DNA of 64,000 bases from positions 12,685 to 76,684 of IMG/VR virus record IMGVR_UViG_3300032083_003484; one strand, 5' to 3'. The translations under genes and the position numbers were made by a program. Positions 39,355 to 48,274 of the stretch are shown here, in pieces; the stretch's first letter is position 1; the number at the start of each line of letters is the position of its first letter. The stretch comes from a virus. The notes under the pieces were generated by a model, which searched no databases, was not told where the DNA came from, and saw only the letters and a program-made list of their open reading frames with translations.

Positions 39355-39684
39355 TTATATAACTCCAGCTGCGTGTAGACTTACCGTTACTATGTTCCAT
39401 GTTACTGTTGCTACGTAGGCCGTGATCAAGAAATACCATACCCATTTTTTTGAAAGTTTATCTTTTTTAACCCAGCGATCGTACTCAACCAACAAGGCGT
39501 GTTGCATAACAAAGATTTTAAACATAGCAAAGGAGATTACTGAATTCTCTAAAAAGTATCCCATTACTGGATTAACTTCTTCGGCAAAGCCTCCTTCTAC
39601 AGCAAAAATTGTTATGCATAGATCTAAAAGGTTTAAAATAACTAGTGCTTTTAGAAATTTATCATGTGGGTGTTTTTCAATCAT
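39355..39684 (-). CDS. Small membrane protein (DUF5658-like)
   Basis: NLLDLCIT...G..EVNPVM pattern; about 3 TM helices. Confidence 0.6.
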   Translation of the reverse strand: MIEKHPHDKFLKALVILNLLDLCITIFAVEGGFAEEVNPVMGYFLENSVISFAMFKIFVMQHALLVEYDRWVKKDKLSKKWVWYFLITAYVATVTWNIVTVSLHAAGVI

Positions 39685-39687
39685 TAG

Positions 39688-39995
39688 TGGAGATGTGGGG
39701 AGTCGAACCCCAGTCCTTAAAACTTAAAATCAATCGTCATTCACAAAATTAGTTAGTCAACCACCCGACTAACAAGCCACCTCGTACAACGAGGGTATCT
39801 ACATTAAATAGAAACAAATTAACAAAAAAGCAACTTTGGATAACAAGGCAGTTGCCGCCCCCTGATTATGCTGCTAACGCAACAGAGTCAAATTCAACGT
39901 TATTGTTGGCAATTATTTTTTTTCTGGTTTTCGTATGTCCAGCCAAGCTTTTGCACGATTTATTTTTTATTCCAAGTCGAAGCCAGTGCATCCCC
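39688..39995 (-). ncRNA. ssrA: tmRNA; tag peptide ANNNVEFDSVALAA (39866-39910)
   Basis: 5' GGGGATG..CTGGCTTCGAC, 3' GACTGGGG-TTCGACT-CCCCA CATCTCC A with G3.U70; AATAATT-GCC resume context; tag ends ALAA-stop. Confidence 0.93.
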
Positions 39996-40322
39996 TTATT
40001 TTCTAAGGCTATTTTCTAGCCGGTTTAGGTGTATAGTGTCTATCCCTAAAAACAAAGCTGTTTCTTGTTGGGATGAACAAACAGATTTGGCATACTTTAC
40101 TAATGCCTCTATAGTTATTTTTTTTATTGATCTTGCTAAACTTAGGCCGTACATCTTGCCATTTATCTTGTGGCTCAAAGACTCAAGCTTGATTGCTATA
40201 ATGTCTTCTAGTGGCAGGTTTGATATACGAACTAAGAATCTATCGTCAATCAAATTTTCTTCTTTAAGATTTTTTATGATTGAGTATTTAGATTTTTTTA
40301 TTTTACTTTTTGTTTTTCTCAA
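39996..40322 (-). CDS. Hypothetical protein, possible Fis-like HTH
   Basis: C-terminal SQQETALFLGIDTIHLNRL. Confidence 0.55.
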   Translation of the reverse strand: MRKTKSKIKKSKYSIIKNLKEENLIDDRFLVRISNLPLEDIIAIKLESLSHKINGKMYGLSLARSIKKITIEALVKYAKSVCSSQQETALFLGIDTIHLNRLENSLRK

Positions 40323-43073
40323 TTAAAGTAAGCTAGCTAGTTTGTGAAGAAGGTCCTCTGATAAGTCAAGCTGGTCTTCGACCTCGGCTTCAGGTTCAGG
40401 CTCTTCGACCTCAACAGAACCGGTAGGGTCTTCTACTTCCACTTCCGGAGCAGGTGTTATTTCTGCTTCCTGGTCCTCTAAATGAGCTTCGATGTTCGGA
40501 AGAATATAATCTTTAAAAGCTTTCTCGTCTTCAGGGTTAGATAAGGTCTCATAAGTATTGAGAATCTGTGTCTGGATCTTCTTGAGTGTTACAGCTGCTT
40601 CTCTCATCCCTGTTAACTGGTCAGGGTCGGTTGGTATATCATCGCCAGATACTAGCTTCTCTTCTTCGGTCCTAGAATCTCCTTCTTCAGGATCGATTAC
40701 CGGTTCTTCTTCCCTACCAAGACCTAAGTCCATTCTATTTGGGTCACTCGGAGCGACACCAATCTCGATATCTTCTTCTAACTCTAAGTTGGCGGCCGGG
40801 TCAGTCTCTGAACTCTTTGAGATGTCTGCGATACCTAAGAGGTTTTTGATGCCAATCATTAAGTGGTTGGAATACGCCTGTCTTTGTTCTGACGAGGTTG
40901 TAAGATCTTTATAGTCATCCTGAATTGATGGGATAATATTTTTTAAGAGATCACGAAGTTTATTGACGCCGGTGTTTTGATAAACAACTTCATCGGACTG
41001 TTTTGCTTCTGTGAGGATCCCACGAATAGCTTTACGTAGGCGTTGCTCTTCGTTTAGTTGTTTTCTTTTATTCTCGGTGATAATCTTTCGTATTGCTTTT
41101 CGAAGTTTGAGTTCTTCCATTAAATCTTCTCTTTTTATGAAATAGTTTTCTTGCATCTCTCTATAAATAGTGCGCTTTTTAGGTTCATCGCCTACAGGGG
41201 CAGCAAACCCACCAACTGCTCCTCCCCCCATCGCAGACATTTCATCCAGCGAAGATTCCGAAGAAGGGGGTTGGTCTTTTCCCAGAATAACTAAAACCTC
41301 ATCAGGGTCAACGCCCTGCGGTATGAATGGAGTTATATCCTCTCCTTTCGAAAAGGCTTCTCTAAAGTCTGTAGCACTCAATTCCGGAGGTTGTGGAGTG
41401 AATGCGTGTTCCATTGGATCTAAGACCTTTACTCCCTCTGCCGCATAGTTTTGTACACTTTTTGCAAAACGACTTTGATCGCCGCCTTTTGTGCTAGTAC
41501 CTAATAGGACTTTCTCACCGGGCTTTGCCACTTCTTCTACATGCTTGTAGGCTGCGGTTACTGGTGATGCTGATGGGGACTCTTCGACTCTTACGTTTCT
41601 AAGGCCAAGTGCTTTTGCGTATACGTCAAATATTTGTTTTGCCTGCTCTGACGTTACCTGAACTCCGTTTGCTTCTCTGGTCTTCGGAGAGACGTATACG
41701 ATAACCTCGTCTGCGATGCCGGCATAGTGTGCTACCATATCCATATGGCCACGATGAGGCGGTTTGAAGCTTCCTGGTATTACTGCGACTATCTTTTCTT
41801 GACCTTCTTGTTCTGTTAGAGTGCTAAGGGCCGGTATCTTTCCTCGGCCATATTTAAACATACCCAAGATCTGGTTGATGGGAGCAAAATTACCGGTAAA
41901 TTTATAGGTGCTTCCATTCCAGTCAAAGACAAAACCTTCGGCGGCAGTAGTAACACGATCGGCATCTTTTAATTTTTCTAGTTGAGACTTGAGAATTTCT
42001 ATAGCCTCTTCATGACCGGAGGCCTCTATAACTTTTATTGCGTTGGCTACTTCATCTTTCAGTCTTGCTACTTCTGTTGAGTTGTCAAGAATAAAAAGTG
42101 ATTGGAGGCCTTCTAAAACATCAACAGTAAAGTCGTGGACAACACTCTCTACGGGAGCAATCGCTGCTTTCAAAAACTTTGCATCTGCTTCTTTAACCAT
42201 ACGACTAAAAGCTGCCCGCTGTTCGGAAGGGATAATGCTTTTAAGTTTTGTTACTGAGTATGGGCCGCTACGTTGACCGGAGGCGAATCGATTTACCAAG
42301 AGAGCTTTTGCTTCGTCTGGTAGGAAGCCAAAACTGTCTTCTACCATTGGGGTTATTCTAGCAACAAGATAATCTAATACAGTATCATTATCTGAAACTC
42401 CAACCCTGGATATTGTTTGTTCTAAAGCAGCAAGATTCCTATTCAGTGTCTCGTCACTTAGTTTGTCTAGCTTTCGAATCGGGTTAACCATAAACCCAAA
42501 CTCTTCATTGGCGACGGCCTCTTGCATCTTTACAAGGGCGTTCCGAAGAGTGTTAAAGCTCTCAGAGACATCAACATCCTCAACTTGGCCCGACTCTTTA
42601 TTAAAATAGGCATGACCAACGTGGTGGATGGTTAGATTCTTGGTATCATAGTTAATGACGTTTGCGTTTCTAGGATCTTGTATCTCGGCGTTATAATAGA
42701 TGTTTGCATCTGGTCCGAAGATCTTTTCCTGTGTCTCTGCTGGAAGTGACTGAACTGCTTTCTCGAAAACAGAAAAAGCATCGTTGAACGCTTGCTCAAC
42801 AGAACCTCGCCCAGCAAACTTCGCAGCAAGGCCGGCGGCGTCTAGGCCGCCTTTCTTGATGTTCCCCTTGTTCCTGGCTGCTTTGGCCTTACCATCCTTT
42901 ACAGAATAAGAAATGTAAAGGTTCTGACCATCAGTCTTCTCTGTTCCCTCAAGTTCGCCCTGGGAAGCTGCGATGAATATTTCTTTCATCTGCTTAAAAG
43001 TTAACGCCGGGTTATCATAAAGGTGAGACATGTGACCGGCGACGCCTCCTTCGTTAACGAACATTGAAGTCAT
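40323..43073 (-). CDS. Multidomain protein: RNA-ligase-like nucleotidyltransferase + HIGH nucleotidyltransferase + acidic C-terminus
   Basis: EKTDG (KxDG), NAEI, EGFVF, YK ligase motifs; GSFKPPHRGH...LSATDFR HIGH domain; repeated LRKAIRxIxxE. Confidence 0.65.
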   Translation of the reverse strand: MTSMFVNEGGVAGHMSHLYDNPALTFKQMKEIFIAASQGELEGTEKTDGQNLYISYSVKDGKAKAARNKGNIKKGGLDAAGLAAKFAGRGSVEQAFNDAFSVFEKAVQSLPAETQEKIFGPDANIYYNAEIQDPRNANVINYDTKNLTIHHVGHAYFNKESGQVEDVDVSESFNTLRNALVKMQEAVANEEFGFMVNPIRKLDKLSDETLNRNLAALEQTISRVGVSDNDTVLDYLVARITPMVEDSFGFLPDEAKALLVNRFASGQRSGPYSVTKLKSIIPSEQRAAFSRMVKEADAKFLKAAIAPVESVVHDFTVDVLEGLQSLFILDNSTEVARLKDEVANAIKVIEASGHEEAIEILKSQLEKLKDADRVTTAAEGFVFDWNGSTYKFTGNFAPINQILGMFKYGRGKIPALSTLTEQEGQEKIVAVIPGSFKPPHRGHMDMVAHYAGIADEVIVYVSPKTREANGVQVTSEQAKQIFDVYAKALGLRNVRVEESPSASPVTAAYKHVEEVAKPGEKVLLGTSTKGGDQSRFAKSVQNYAAEGVKVLDPMEHAFTPQPPELSATDFREAFSKGEDITPFIPQGVDPDEVLVILGKDQPPSSESSLDEMSAMGGGAVGGFAAPVGDEPKKRTIYREMQENYFIKREDLMEELKLRKAIRKIITENKRKQLNEEQRLRKAIRGILTEAKQSDEVVYQNTGVNKLRDLLKNIIPSIQDDYKDLTTSSEQRQAYSNHLMIGIKNLLGIADISKSSETDPAANLELEEDIEIGVAPSDPNRMDLGLGREEEPVIDPEEGDSRTEEEKLVSGDDIPTDPDQLTGMREAAVTLKKIQTQILNTYETLSNPEDEKAFKDYILPNIEAHLEDQEAEITPAPEVEVEDPTGSVEVEEPEPEAEVEDQLDLSEDLLHKLASLL

Positions 43074-43074
43074 C

Positions 43075-43329
43075 TTATTTTCCTTCTTCTAGAACTTTTA
43101 TTTGTTCTTGTAGAGTCTTTAACCGCTCATCCATCCTTCGGGATTCTAAGCATGCTTGTTTAAGTTCGTGAAGAGCCATAACAAGCGCCCGCCGAGAACT
43201 AACAGTACGAGGTTTAAGTGACTCTAGATTCCTTATAGCAGACTCTAAGATGGCACTTAAGCCAGGTTTGTTTTTGGATTCGTTAAGGTATAAAAAATCA
43301 TTAAACTTTTTTTCTATACTCTTTAACAC
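43075..43329 (-). CDS. Hypothetical protein
   Basis: 84 aa coupled to neighbours; N-terminal FNDFLYLNE. Confidence 0.55.
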   Translation of the reverse strand: MLKSIEKKFNDFLYLNESKNKPGLSAILESAIRNLESLKPRTVSSRRALVMALHELKQACLESRRMDERLKTLQEQIKVLEEGK

Positions 43330-43330
43330 T

Positions 43331-43576
43331 TTATCCCTCTGCTAGATCAGCCGGAGCCGCCTTCTTCGCTTTTCGTCTAGGAGCCGGCTTGGCTTCTTTC
43401 TTCGCAACTGGCTCGGGCTTAGGCTCGGGCTTAGGTGCTGGCTTGGGTGCTGGCTTGGGTGCTGGCTTGGGTGCTGGTACTGGTTTTGCTGCCGGCTCTA
43501 CTGCAGCTGCTTTTCGGGCCTCGGCAGCTCTTATTGCTCGGAGCTTTCGAATCCTTCTTGTTCTTGGTGATGCCAT
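43331..43576 (-). CDS. Basic Pro/Lys/Ala-rich protein
   Basis: 81 aa; (PKPA)n repeat; AAGGAG RBS. Confidence 0.55.
   Translation of the reverse strand: MASPRTRRIRKLRAIRAAEARKAAAVEPAAKPVPAPKPAPKPAPKPAPKPEPKPEPVAKKEAKPAPRRKAKKAAPADLAEG
43410..43483. repeat. 12-bp tandem repeat encoding PKPA/PKPE
   Basis: GGTGCTGGCTTG and GGCTCGGGCTTA units. Confidence 0.85.
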
Positions 43577-43578
43577 TT

Positions 43579-44079
43579 TTATTCTCCTTTTTTGATTCCA
43601 AACTTTCGGAGCAGCATGTTATGAAGCATACTGTTCTTTTTGTCATGGTAATCTTTTGATTCAGTTTGTGTTTCTTTATTTTTTGATGTTTCTTGCTTTC
43701 CTTCACTCATTGGGTATCCTCCGATTTGATTTTGATATCTTTTCATCAACCGACCTGAACCTATGTGGAAAGCTTCATCTTCCATTGCTTTTAGATTTGG
43801 GTCAGCGTCAATGTCGTGTGTCTTGACCATTAGATCTTCGCCACGACAGTTTTGTGAATGATGCACTAACTCATGAGAAAGAGACCTTAGAATGTCTTTT
43901 GGGTGTCTTCCGGTAGTATAAATAGTCACCACCATAGAAGAAGGATCATAATGAGCAGTATACCCCATTGGATTCTGCGCATTTTCTTGATCATCTACAA
44001 AGTTTATTGTTGGATCTTGATCGAATCCAAGTTGCTTTTTAGCAAACGGATAAAACTCATTTACCAAATCTTCATACAT
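43579..44079 (-). CDS. HExxH metallopeptidase-like protein
   Basis: RSLSHELVHHSQ...EDEA. Confidence 0.65.
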   Translation of the reverse strand: MYEDLVNEFYPFAKKQLGFDQDPTINFVDDQENAQNPMGYTAHYDPSSMVVTIYTTGRHPKDILRSLSHELVHHSQNCRGEDLMVKTHDIDADPNLKAMEDEAFHIGSGRLMKRYQNQIGGYPMSEGKQETSKNKETQTESKDYHDKKNSMLHNMLLRKFGIKKGE

Positions 44080-44101
44080 TATAAGGTACCTTTACTTATA
44101 A

Positions 44102-44311
44102 TTAGTGTGTAAACTCAGAATTAACCGTTTTACATTCTACACAACGAAAAATTGGAATCGGTGCATACGATGTTTGACCTGATGGTGACTGTAGTGCGGA
44201 AAGTCTCTTGATCTGAACGACTTGCTCAAAAAAGATACTGTCGCACTCATCGCACTTAACGTCAGTGCAGTCTTCTGGTCGGATGTTGATGTTTAGATTG
44301 TCTTGTTGCAT
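44102..44311 (-). CDS. Small zinc-ribbon protein
   Basis: CDEC...CVEC. Confidence 0.65.
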   Translation of the reverse strand: MQQDNLNINIRPEDCTDVKCDECDSIFFEQVVQIKRLSALQSPSGQTSYAPIPIFRCVECKTVNSEFTH

Positions 44312-44323
44312 TATTGTATTCTC

Positions 44324-44575
44324 CTATATGTTTATTGCTCTTCGGAATAAGCTTAAATCTTTTTGCTTAAACCATTCTGGATCTAACCCTTCTATTGGCG
44401 CCAACTCAGCAGTTAACGCCCATTCAATTTTATAACAATGAAATCCCATTAACTTTCGGTGATCAATAACAACACCAATTAAAAGATCATTAATATAATT
44501 AACTGATACTCCTAATACTAAGTCACTAACATTATATTGCTTAGTTGTATCATTAATATTAACTTTATTAGTCAT
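44324..44575 (-). CDS. Hypothetical protein
   Basis: 83 aa, overlapping coupling. Confidence 0.5.
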   Translation of the reverse strand: MTNKVNINDTTKQYNVSDLVLGVSVNYINDLLIGVVIDHRKLMGFHCYKIEWALTAELAPIEGLDPEWFKQKDLSLFRRAINI

Positions 44576-44754
44576 TGTTTATTAATATAAAGTACCGGAA
44601 CTTCTATGTGTTCAATAATAGTATTCATGCTTTCTAGCTTAGTAAACCATATTCTATCATACTTTACGTAAATGTCAACAACTAAATACAGTTCTTTTTT
44701 ATACAGTATTAAATCACCAAGTTCCAAGTTCTTTACAAACGACTCTCCAATCAC
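44572..44754 (-). CDS. Hypothetical protein
   Basis: 60 aa, LELGDLI SH3-like start. Confidence 0.45.
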   Translation of the reverse strand: MIGESFVKNLELGDLILYKKELYLVVDIYVKYDRIWFTKLESMNTIIEHIEVPVLYINKQ

Positions 44755-45284
44755 TAGATACAGATCTGTTCGCTAATTCTATCACTATTGCGAGTTACTG
44801 CTTCCGATAGTAGATCAGCACGTCTAATGATCCGACGAGCATAAGCTCTAGATCTAGGTGTGCACTGATTTCCAGCATTATAATGACAGAGAGGATCAGC
44901 CCACTCTTGTTGGTGATCTACAGAGAAAAGCTGGAACGGCTCTGTTGAGATCGATCTAGAAAACCTATAATGAAAATCTTTTACCGCATTGACTCCATCC
45001 TTAATTAAATCACAATTCTCCAATCTTCCTTCTTCACAAAAGTATCTAGGATTGATCTGCAATGGTCCGTGGCAACAACCTGTGTAAGAAACAACTCCTT
45101 TTTGAAGTCTAGATTCTTCCCAGGCTACCGATACAGCAATTAGGGGTGAAACATTTCTAGCAATTGCTTCACTAGCAATCACCTCACAAGTATTAAACCT
45201 TTCAGGGTTCAGGACATGATCTGGAGTGTTTAGTACTCCAGCAGTAAAAAGGATATAGCAAATCCCATAGCTTAACTTAACCAT
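44754..45284 (-). CDS. Lytic transglycosylase (SLT/lysozyme-like)
   Basis: AVSVAWEESR, GPLQIN, HYNAG motifs. Confidence 0.75.
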   Translation of the reverse strand: MVKLSYGICYILFTAGVLNTPDHVLNPERFNTCEVIASEAIARNVSPLIAVSVAWEESRLQKGVVSYTGCCHGPLQINPRYFCEEGRLENCDLIKDGVNAVKDFHYRFSRSISTEPFQLFSVDHQQEWADPLCHYNAGNQCTPRSRAYARRIIRRADLLSEAVTRNSDRISEQICI

Positions 45285-46206
45285 TGATAATCTCCGTTTT
45301 GTATTTAATAACTGCTAGTTCTTTAGCCTTAGCTTCTACCATAATATGCATATTGTTATTATAGTTATTAATAGTATTATATATATAGTTAGAATGTTTC
45401 TCTTCTCTAATCTTAATATTGTTCTGTTCTTCTCTAGCTGACTCTGAGTAATGTACCACAGGGGTGATATCCCCCCAGGTCGACAAAGCTAGTTCTAGCG
45501 CATCTTGTTCAGACTGACCTCCTGTACAAAGCTTGTGATGGTGGTAATCAAAAACAATAGGGATCCCAGTTTGTTCATGAACCCCTTCGTAAAGATCTTT
45601 TGTTGAGTAGAGAGAAACCTTATCATCATTTTCCACCGTTAGTCTTGATCTAACTGCTGGAGAAAGTTTGTTTACATTCTCACAAAACGTTTTCAGAGCA
45701 CTTGGCTTGTCTCCATAAGCAGCACCAACGTGAATGTTGATTTTAGCCCAGTGATCTCTTGGGAGACCCATCAAATCCATAACCTTGCCGTGAATCTCCA
45801 AATCAGTAATGGTGTTTTGGACTACACGCTCTTTAGGTGAGGCCAACTTGTTGAAAGGCCCAGGGTGGTATGTAAGTCTATGGTTGTGCTTTTTAGCAAA
45901 GTCACCAACTTCTTTTAGCTTCTTAGAGATCTCCTTGATGTCCGGCATATCATCAATGTTGTAATGAGATGCCCAAGGAAACATGTTAGAACTCATTCGA
46001 AAAAACTTTACATTGTTTTGCTCATTCCACTTGACAATCTCAAGCAGGTCTGTTATATTTAGTAGAGTTAGTTGAGAGGCATAATGGATACCCTTCGCAT
46101 CAAAAGTTTTTTTAATCATTGTTCTGTTAGTAGTGATGCGTTGACTCTTAGGTCGTTCACTGAAACCCATGTTAATGCAAGCGTAGCCGATATAGTCGCT
46201 ATTCAT
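45277..46206 (-). CDS. uvsE: UV damage endonuclease
   Basis: IGYACIN, FRMSS, RLTYHPGPF, INIHVG, LTVENDD, IVFDYHHH, HYSE, MVEAKAKE. Confidence 0.92.
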   Translation of the reverse strand: MNSDYIGYACINMGFSERPKSQRITTNRTMIKKTFDAKGIHYASQLTLLNITDLLEIVKWNEQNNVKFFRMSSNMFPWASHYNIDDMPDIKEISKKLKEVGDFAKKHNHRLTYHPGPFNKLASPKERVVQNTITDLEIHGKVMDLMGLPRDHWAKINIHVGAAYGDKPSALKTFCENVNKLSPAVRSRLTVENDDKVSLYSTKDLYEGVHEQTGIPIVFDYHHHKLCTGGQSEQDALELALSTWGDITPVVHYSESAREEQNNIKIREEKHSNYIYNTINNYNNNMHIMVEAKAKELAVIKYKTEIING

Positions 46207-46240
46207 AATCCTCCTGTGAGTTGGCCCGGAAAGCCCGGTG

Positions 46241-46277
46241 TGTATATTAGACGAACGAGCGACGGATCTTATCCACT
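46241..46277 (-). promoter_or_regulatory. ECF-type promoter repeat, copy 1 (uvsE)
   Basis: AGTGGATAAGATCC-N10-CGTCTAATATAC on minus strand. Confidence 0.75.
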
Positions 46278-46361
46278 TTTCGAACGCTTTTTTCCGATAA
46301 GTTTACCGGTCCTGGCGGCGCAAGCGACCGACGACCAGTACGAGGCGTTCGGGGAGATGTC

Positions 46362-46571
46362 GTGAGGATACCGAAGTTACCTGACGGCTGGATCTGGCGT
46401 TTCGACGACGATGAGGAGATGCCCTCCTTCGACCTCTTCCATAACACCCTAGGATACCAGGGCTCGGCCTTCCGAGACTCTTGCGAGCCCGAAGGCTATG
46501 CCGGAGGACCGGTAGACTCTTGGCAAAGCGCCCTTGACCTGCTGGTGGAGATTAAAGTTCCGCTACACTAA
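46362..46571 (+). CDS. Small hypothetical protein in a GC-rich patch
   Basis: GGGGAG RBS + GTG; 69 aa. Confidence 0.45.
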   Translation: MRIPKLPDGWIWRFDDDEEMPSFDLFHNTLGYQGSAFRDSCEPEGYAGGPVDSWQSALDLLVEIKVPLH

Positions 46572-46653
46572 GGCCCCGACCCACCTACTCGGGACGTCGG
46601 AGTAGACGTCCTTCCTGCAGGAACCTGTCCAGGACGATCCTCGCAGTCCCTTC

Positions 46654-47232
46654 TTACCAAATCTTTTTATCAACTTCGCCAAAAACGGGTGTATCACCTG
46701 GCTTGATTGATACTACTTCTATCATTGCCGCAGTTAGCACCTCGGCATTATACCTTTCCGCACTTTGTTCTGCCCAGTCCCAACGAGAGTCAATATCGGA
46801 AGGCATACGATAATCGCACCACTTCATTTTATTTTCCTTGTCGATAAAAACACAAACAACGTGCCCGCTTAGCTTTCTAGTATCTCTTGATCGCATTTGG
46901 AAGAAAGAAAACCAAACTTTTAAAACTAGGTCAGATTTTAGTAGACAAGTAGCCCAGTAAATGCTATGATCATCACAGTCACCAATTAGTTCACCATTAA
47001 CGATTCTTTTTTGAATTTCAGTTGGGTGAGAGAGATTATCGAGCTTTCCTTCCCATTTATCTTTTCGGTACCGCTTGCCCCACTCTAGTCTTTCACCAAC
47101 TTCACTATACGTAGAAACTTTCTCAACAGGAAACTCGTTATTTTTTGTAACCTTCATTGTGAGCCCATACCACCACTTGCCAAAGTTCGGTATAAAGTTC
47201 CAAAAAAAGTAAAGTAATTTAATTAAAAACAT
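46654..47232 (-). CDS. Transglutaminase-like cysteine protease fold protein
   Basis: GDCDD...GHVVC...D triad pattern. Confidence 0.6.
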   Translation of the reverse strand: MFLIKLLYFFWNFIPNFGKWWYGLTMKVTKNNEFPVEKVSTYSEVGERLEWGKRYRKDKWEGKLDNLSHPTEIQKRIVNGELIGDCDDHSIYWATCLLKSDLVLKVWFSFFQMRSRDTRKLSGHVVCVFIDKENKMKWCDYRMPSDIDSRWDWAEQSAERYNAEVLTAAMIEVVSIKPGDTPVFGEVDKKIW

Positions 47233-47395
47233 TATTTTATTCTCCTTTATTAATTATTTATTCTTGCTAGCTATAAGGATTATGGTAAATACCACAAGCC
47301 ACAAAAAAGCAATTGCAAACAAAGTGCTTTGAACAACTAAATTGTTCTTTATTTTTTCTTTAATCATTCTATTTACCACAATACATTCCAATAAT

Positions 47396-48037
47396 ATGAA
47401 AACCCTATATAACATTCTAAGAACTGCTTTAAATAGTTTGCGCAACCCAAATGCGCCAGCAGAAGAGGAGACCGATGAAATGCCCAAGACTGATAGATTT
47501 AAAGAAATGAACCCTTTTGAAAGAATTGTAGATCGATTCAACAAGGCAGTTGTCGATCCACAGGACTATGAACTAACTATGGCTGGGTATCAATCTTATC
47601 TAGACGCCACAGGTATTGTTTTTGTTTCCGCCAAGGAGATGTGCACACCTCACCACCTTGATACTGCCTCTGAGTTGGGCTATGAAGCGTTTGTTCCGAA
47701 ACACGAATGGTGGGACAGGGGTGCTGCGCTAGCGTCCTTCTTCGACTATCTCAGGAAAGATTTAGGAAATCCGATTGTTGTAAGAAACTGGTGGCGCCCA
47801 GAAGATTATAATGAAAAAGTTGGCGGAGCAAAAGCCTCCGATCATATTGGCGCTTATGCTTTTGACATGGATTTCAAGACACAAGATGATCGCCGGCACG
47901 TTGAGGCGTTGTTGGAAGGTTTTTATAACGATCTAGAACTAGGAATGTCTTTAGGTTTAGGCGGTTATACTATCCATCTTGGCCTTCTTTCCGAACGTGG
48001 GAACAGACGCTGGTATTATAATAGCTACGAAAAGTAA
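47396..48037 (+). CDS. Peptidase M15A-type endolysin
   Basis: WWRPEDYNEKVGGAKASDH...AFD...IHL; start taken at MKTLYN after a CTATTTAC late-like motif (47369). Confidence 0.75.
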   Translation: MKTLYNILRTALNSLRNPNAPAEEETDEMPKTDRFKEMNPFERIVDRFNKAVVDPQDYELTMAGYQSYLDATGIVFVSAKEMCTPHHLDTASELGYEAFVPKHEWWDRGAALASFFDYLRKDLGNPIVVRNWWRPEDYNEKVGGAKASDHIGAYAFDMDFKTQDDRRHVEALLEGFYNDLELGMSLGLGGYTIHLGLLSERGNRRWYYNSYEK

Positions 48038-48058
48038 ACTTTAGAAAGCTTAATGATG

Positions 48059-48078
48059 TGCCCCCTTGAGCGGGGGCA
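48059..48078. terminator. Hairpin between convergent genes
   Basis: TGCCCCC-TTGAGC-GGGGGCA. Confidence 0.55.
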
Positions 48079-48084
48079 GTAAAT

Positions 48085-48198
48085 TTACTCTGCTTTCTTA
48101 AGAACGCTGAGGTATTTACGATAACACCACTTCAAGCCTTCCCAAACGAAAGGTGAAGCAACGGCGCCACAAACGACGCCCCACATAAATGCTGACAT
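48085..48198 (-). CDS. 37-aa membrane peptide MSAFMWGVVCGAVASPFVWEGLKWCYRKYLSVLKKAE (not in track)
   Basis: AAGGAG RBS; late motif at 48241-48250; TM helix and basic tail. Confidence 0.6.
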   Translation of the reverse strand: MSAFMWGVVCGAVASPFVWEGLKWCYRKYLSVLKKAE

Positions 48199-48274
48199 AA
48201 TGATACTCCTTTGCAAGCTGTGGTAAAAATCACCACTACAATAAATAGTTAAGTAAAGGTTTTAAAGTATTTTG

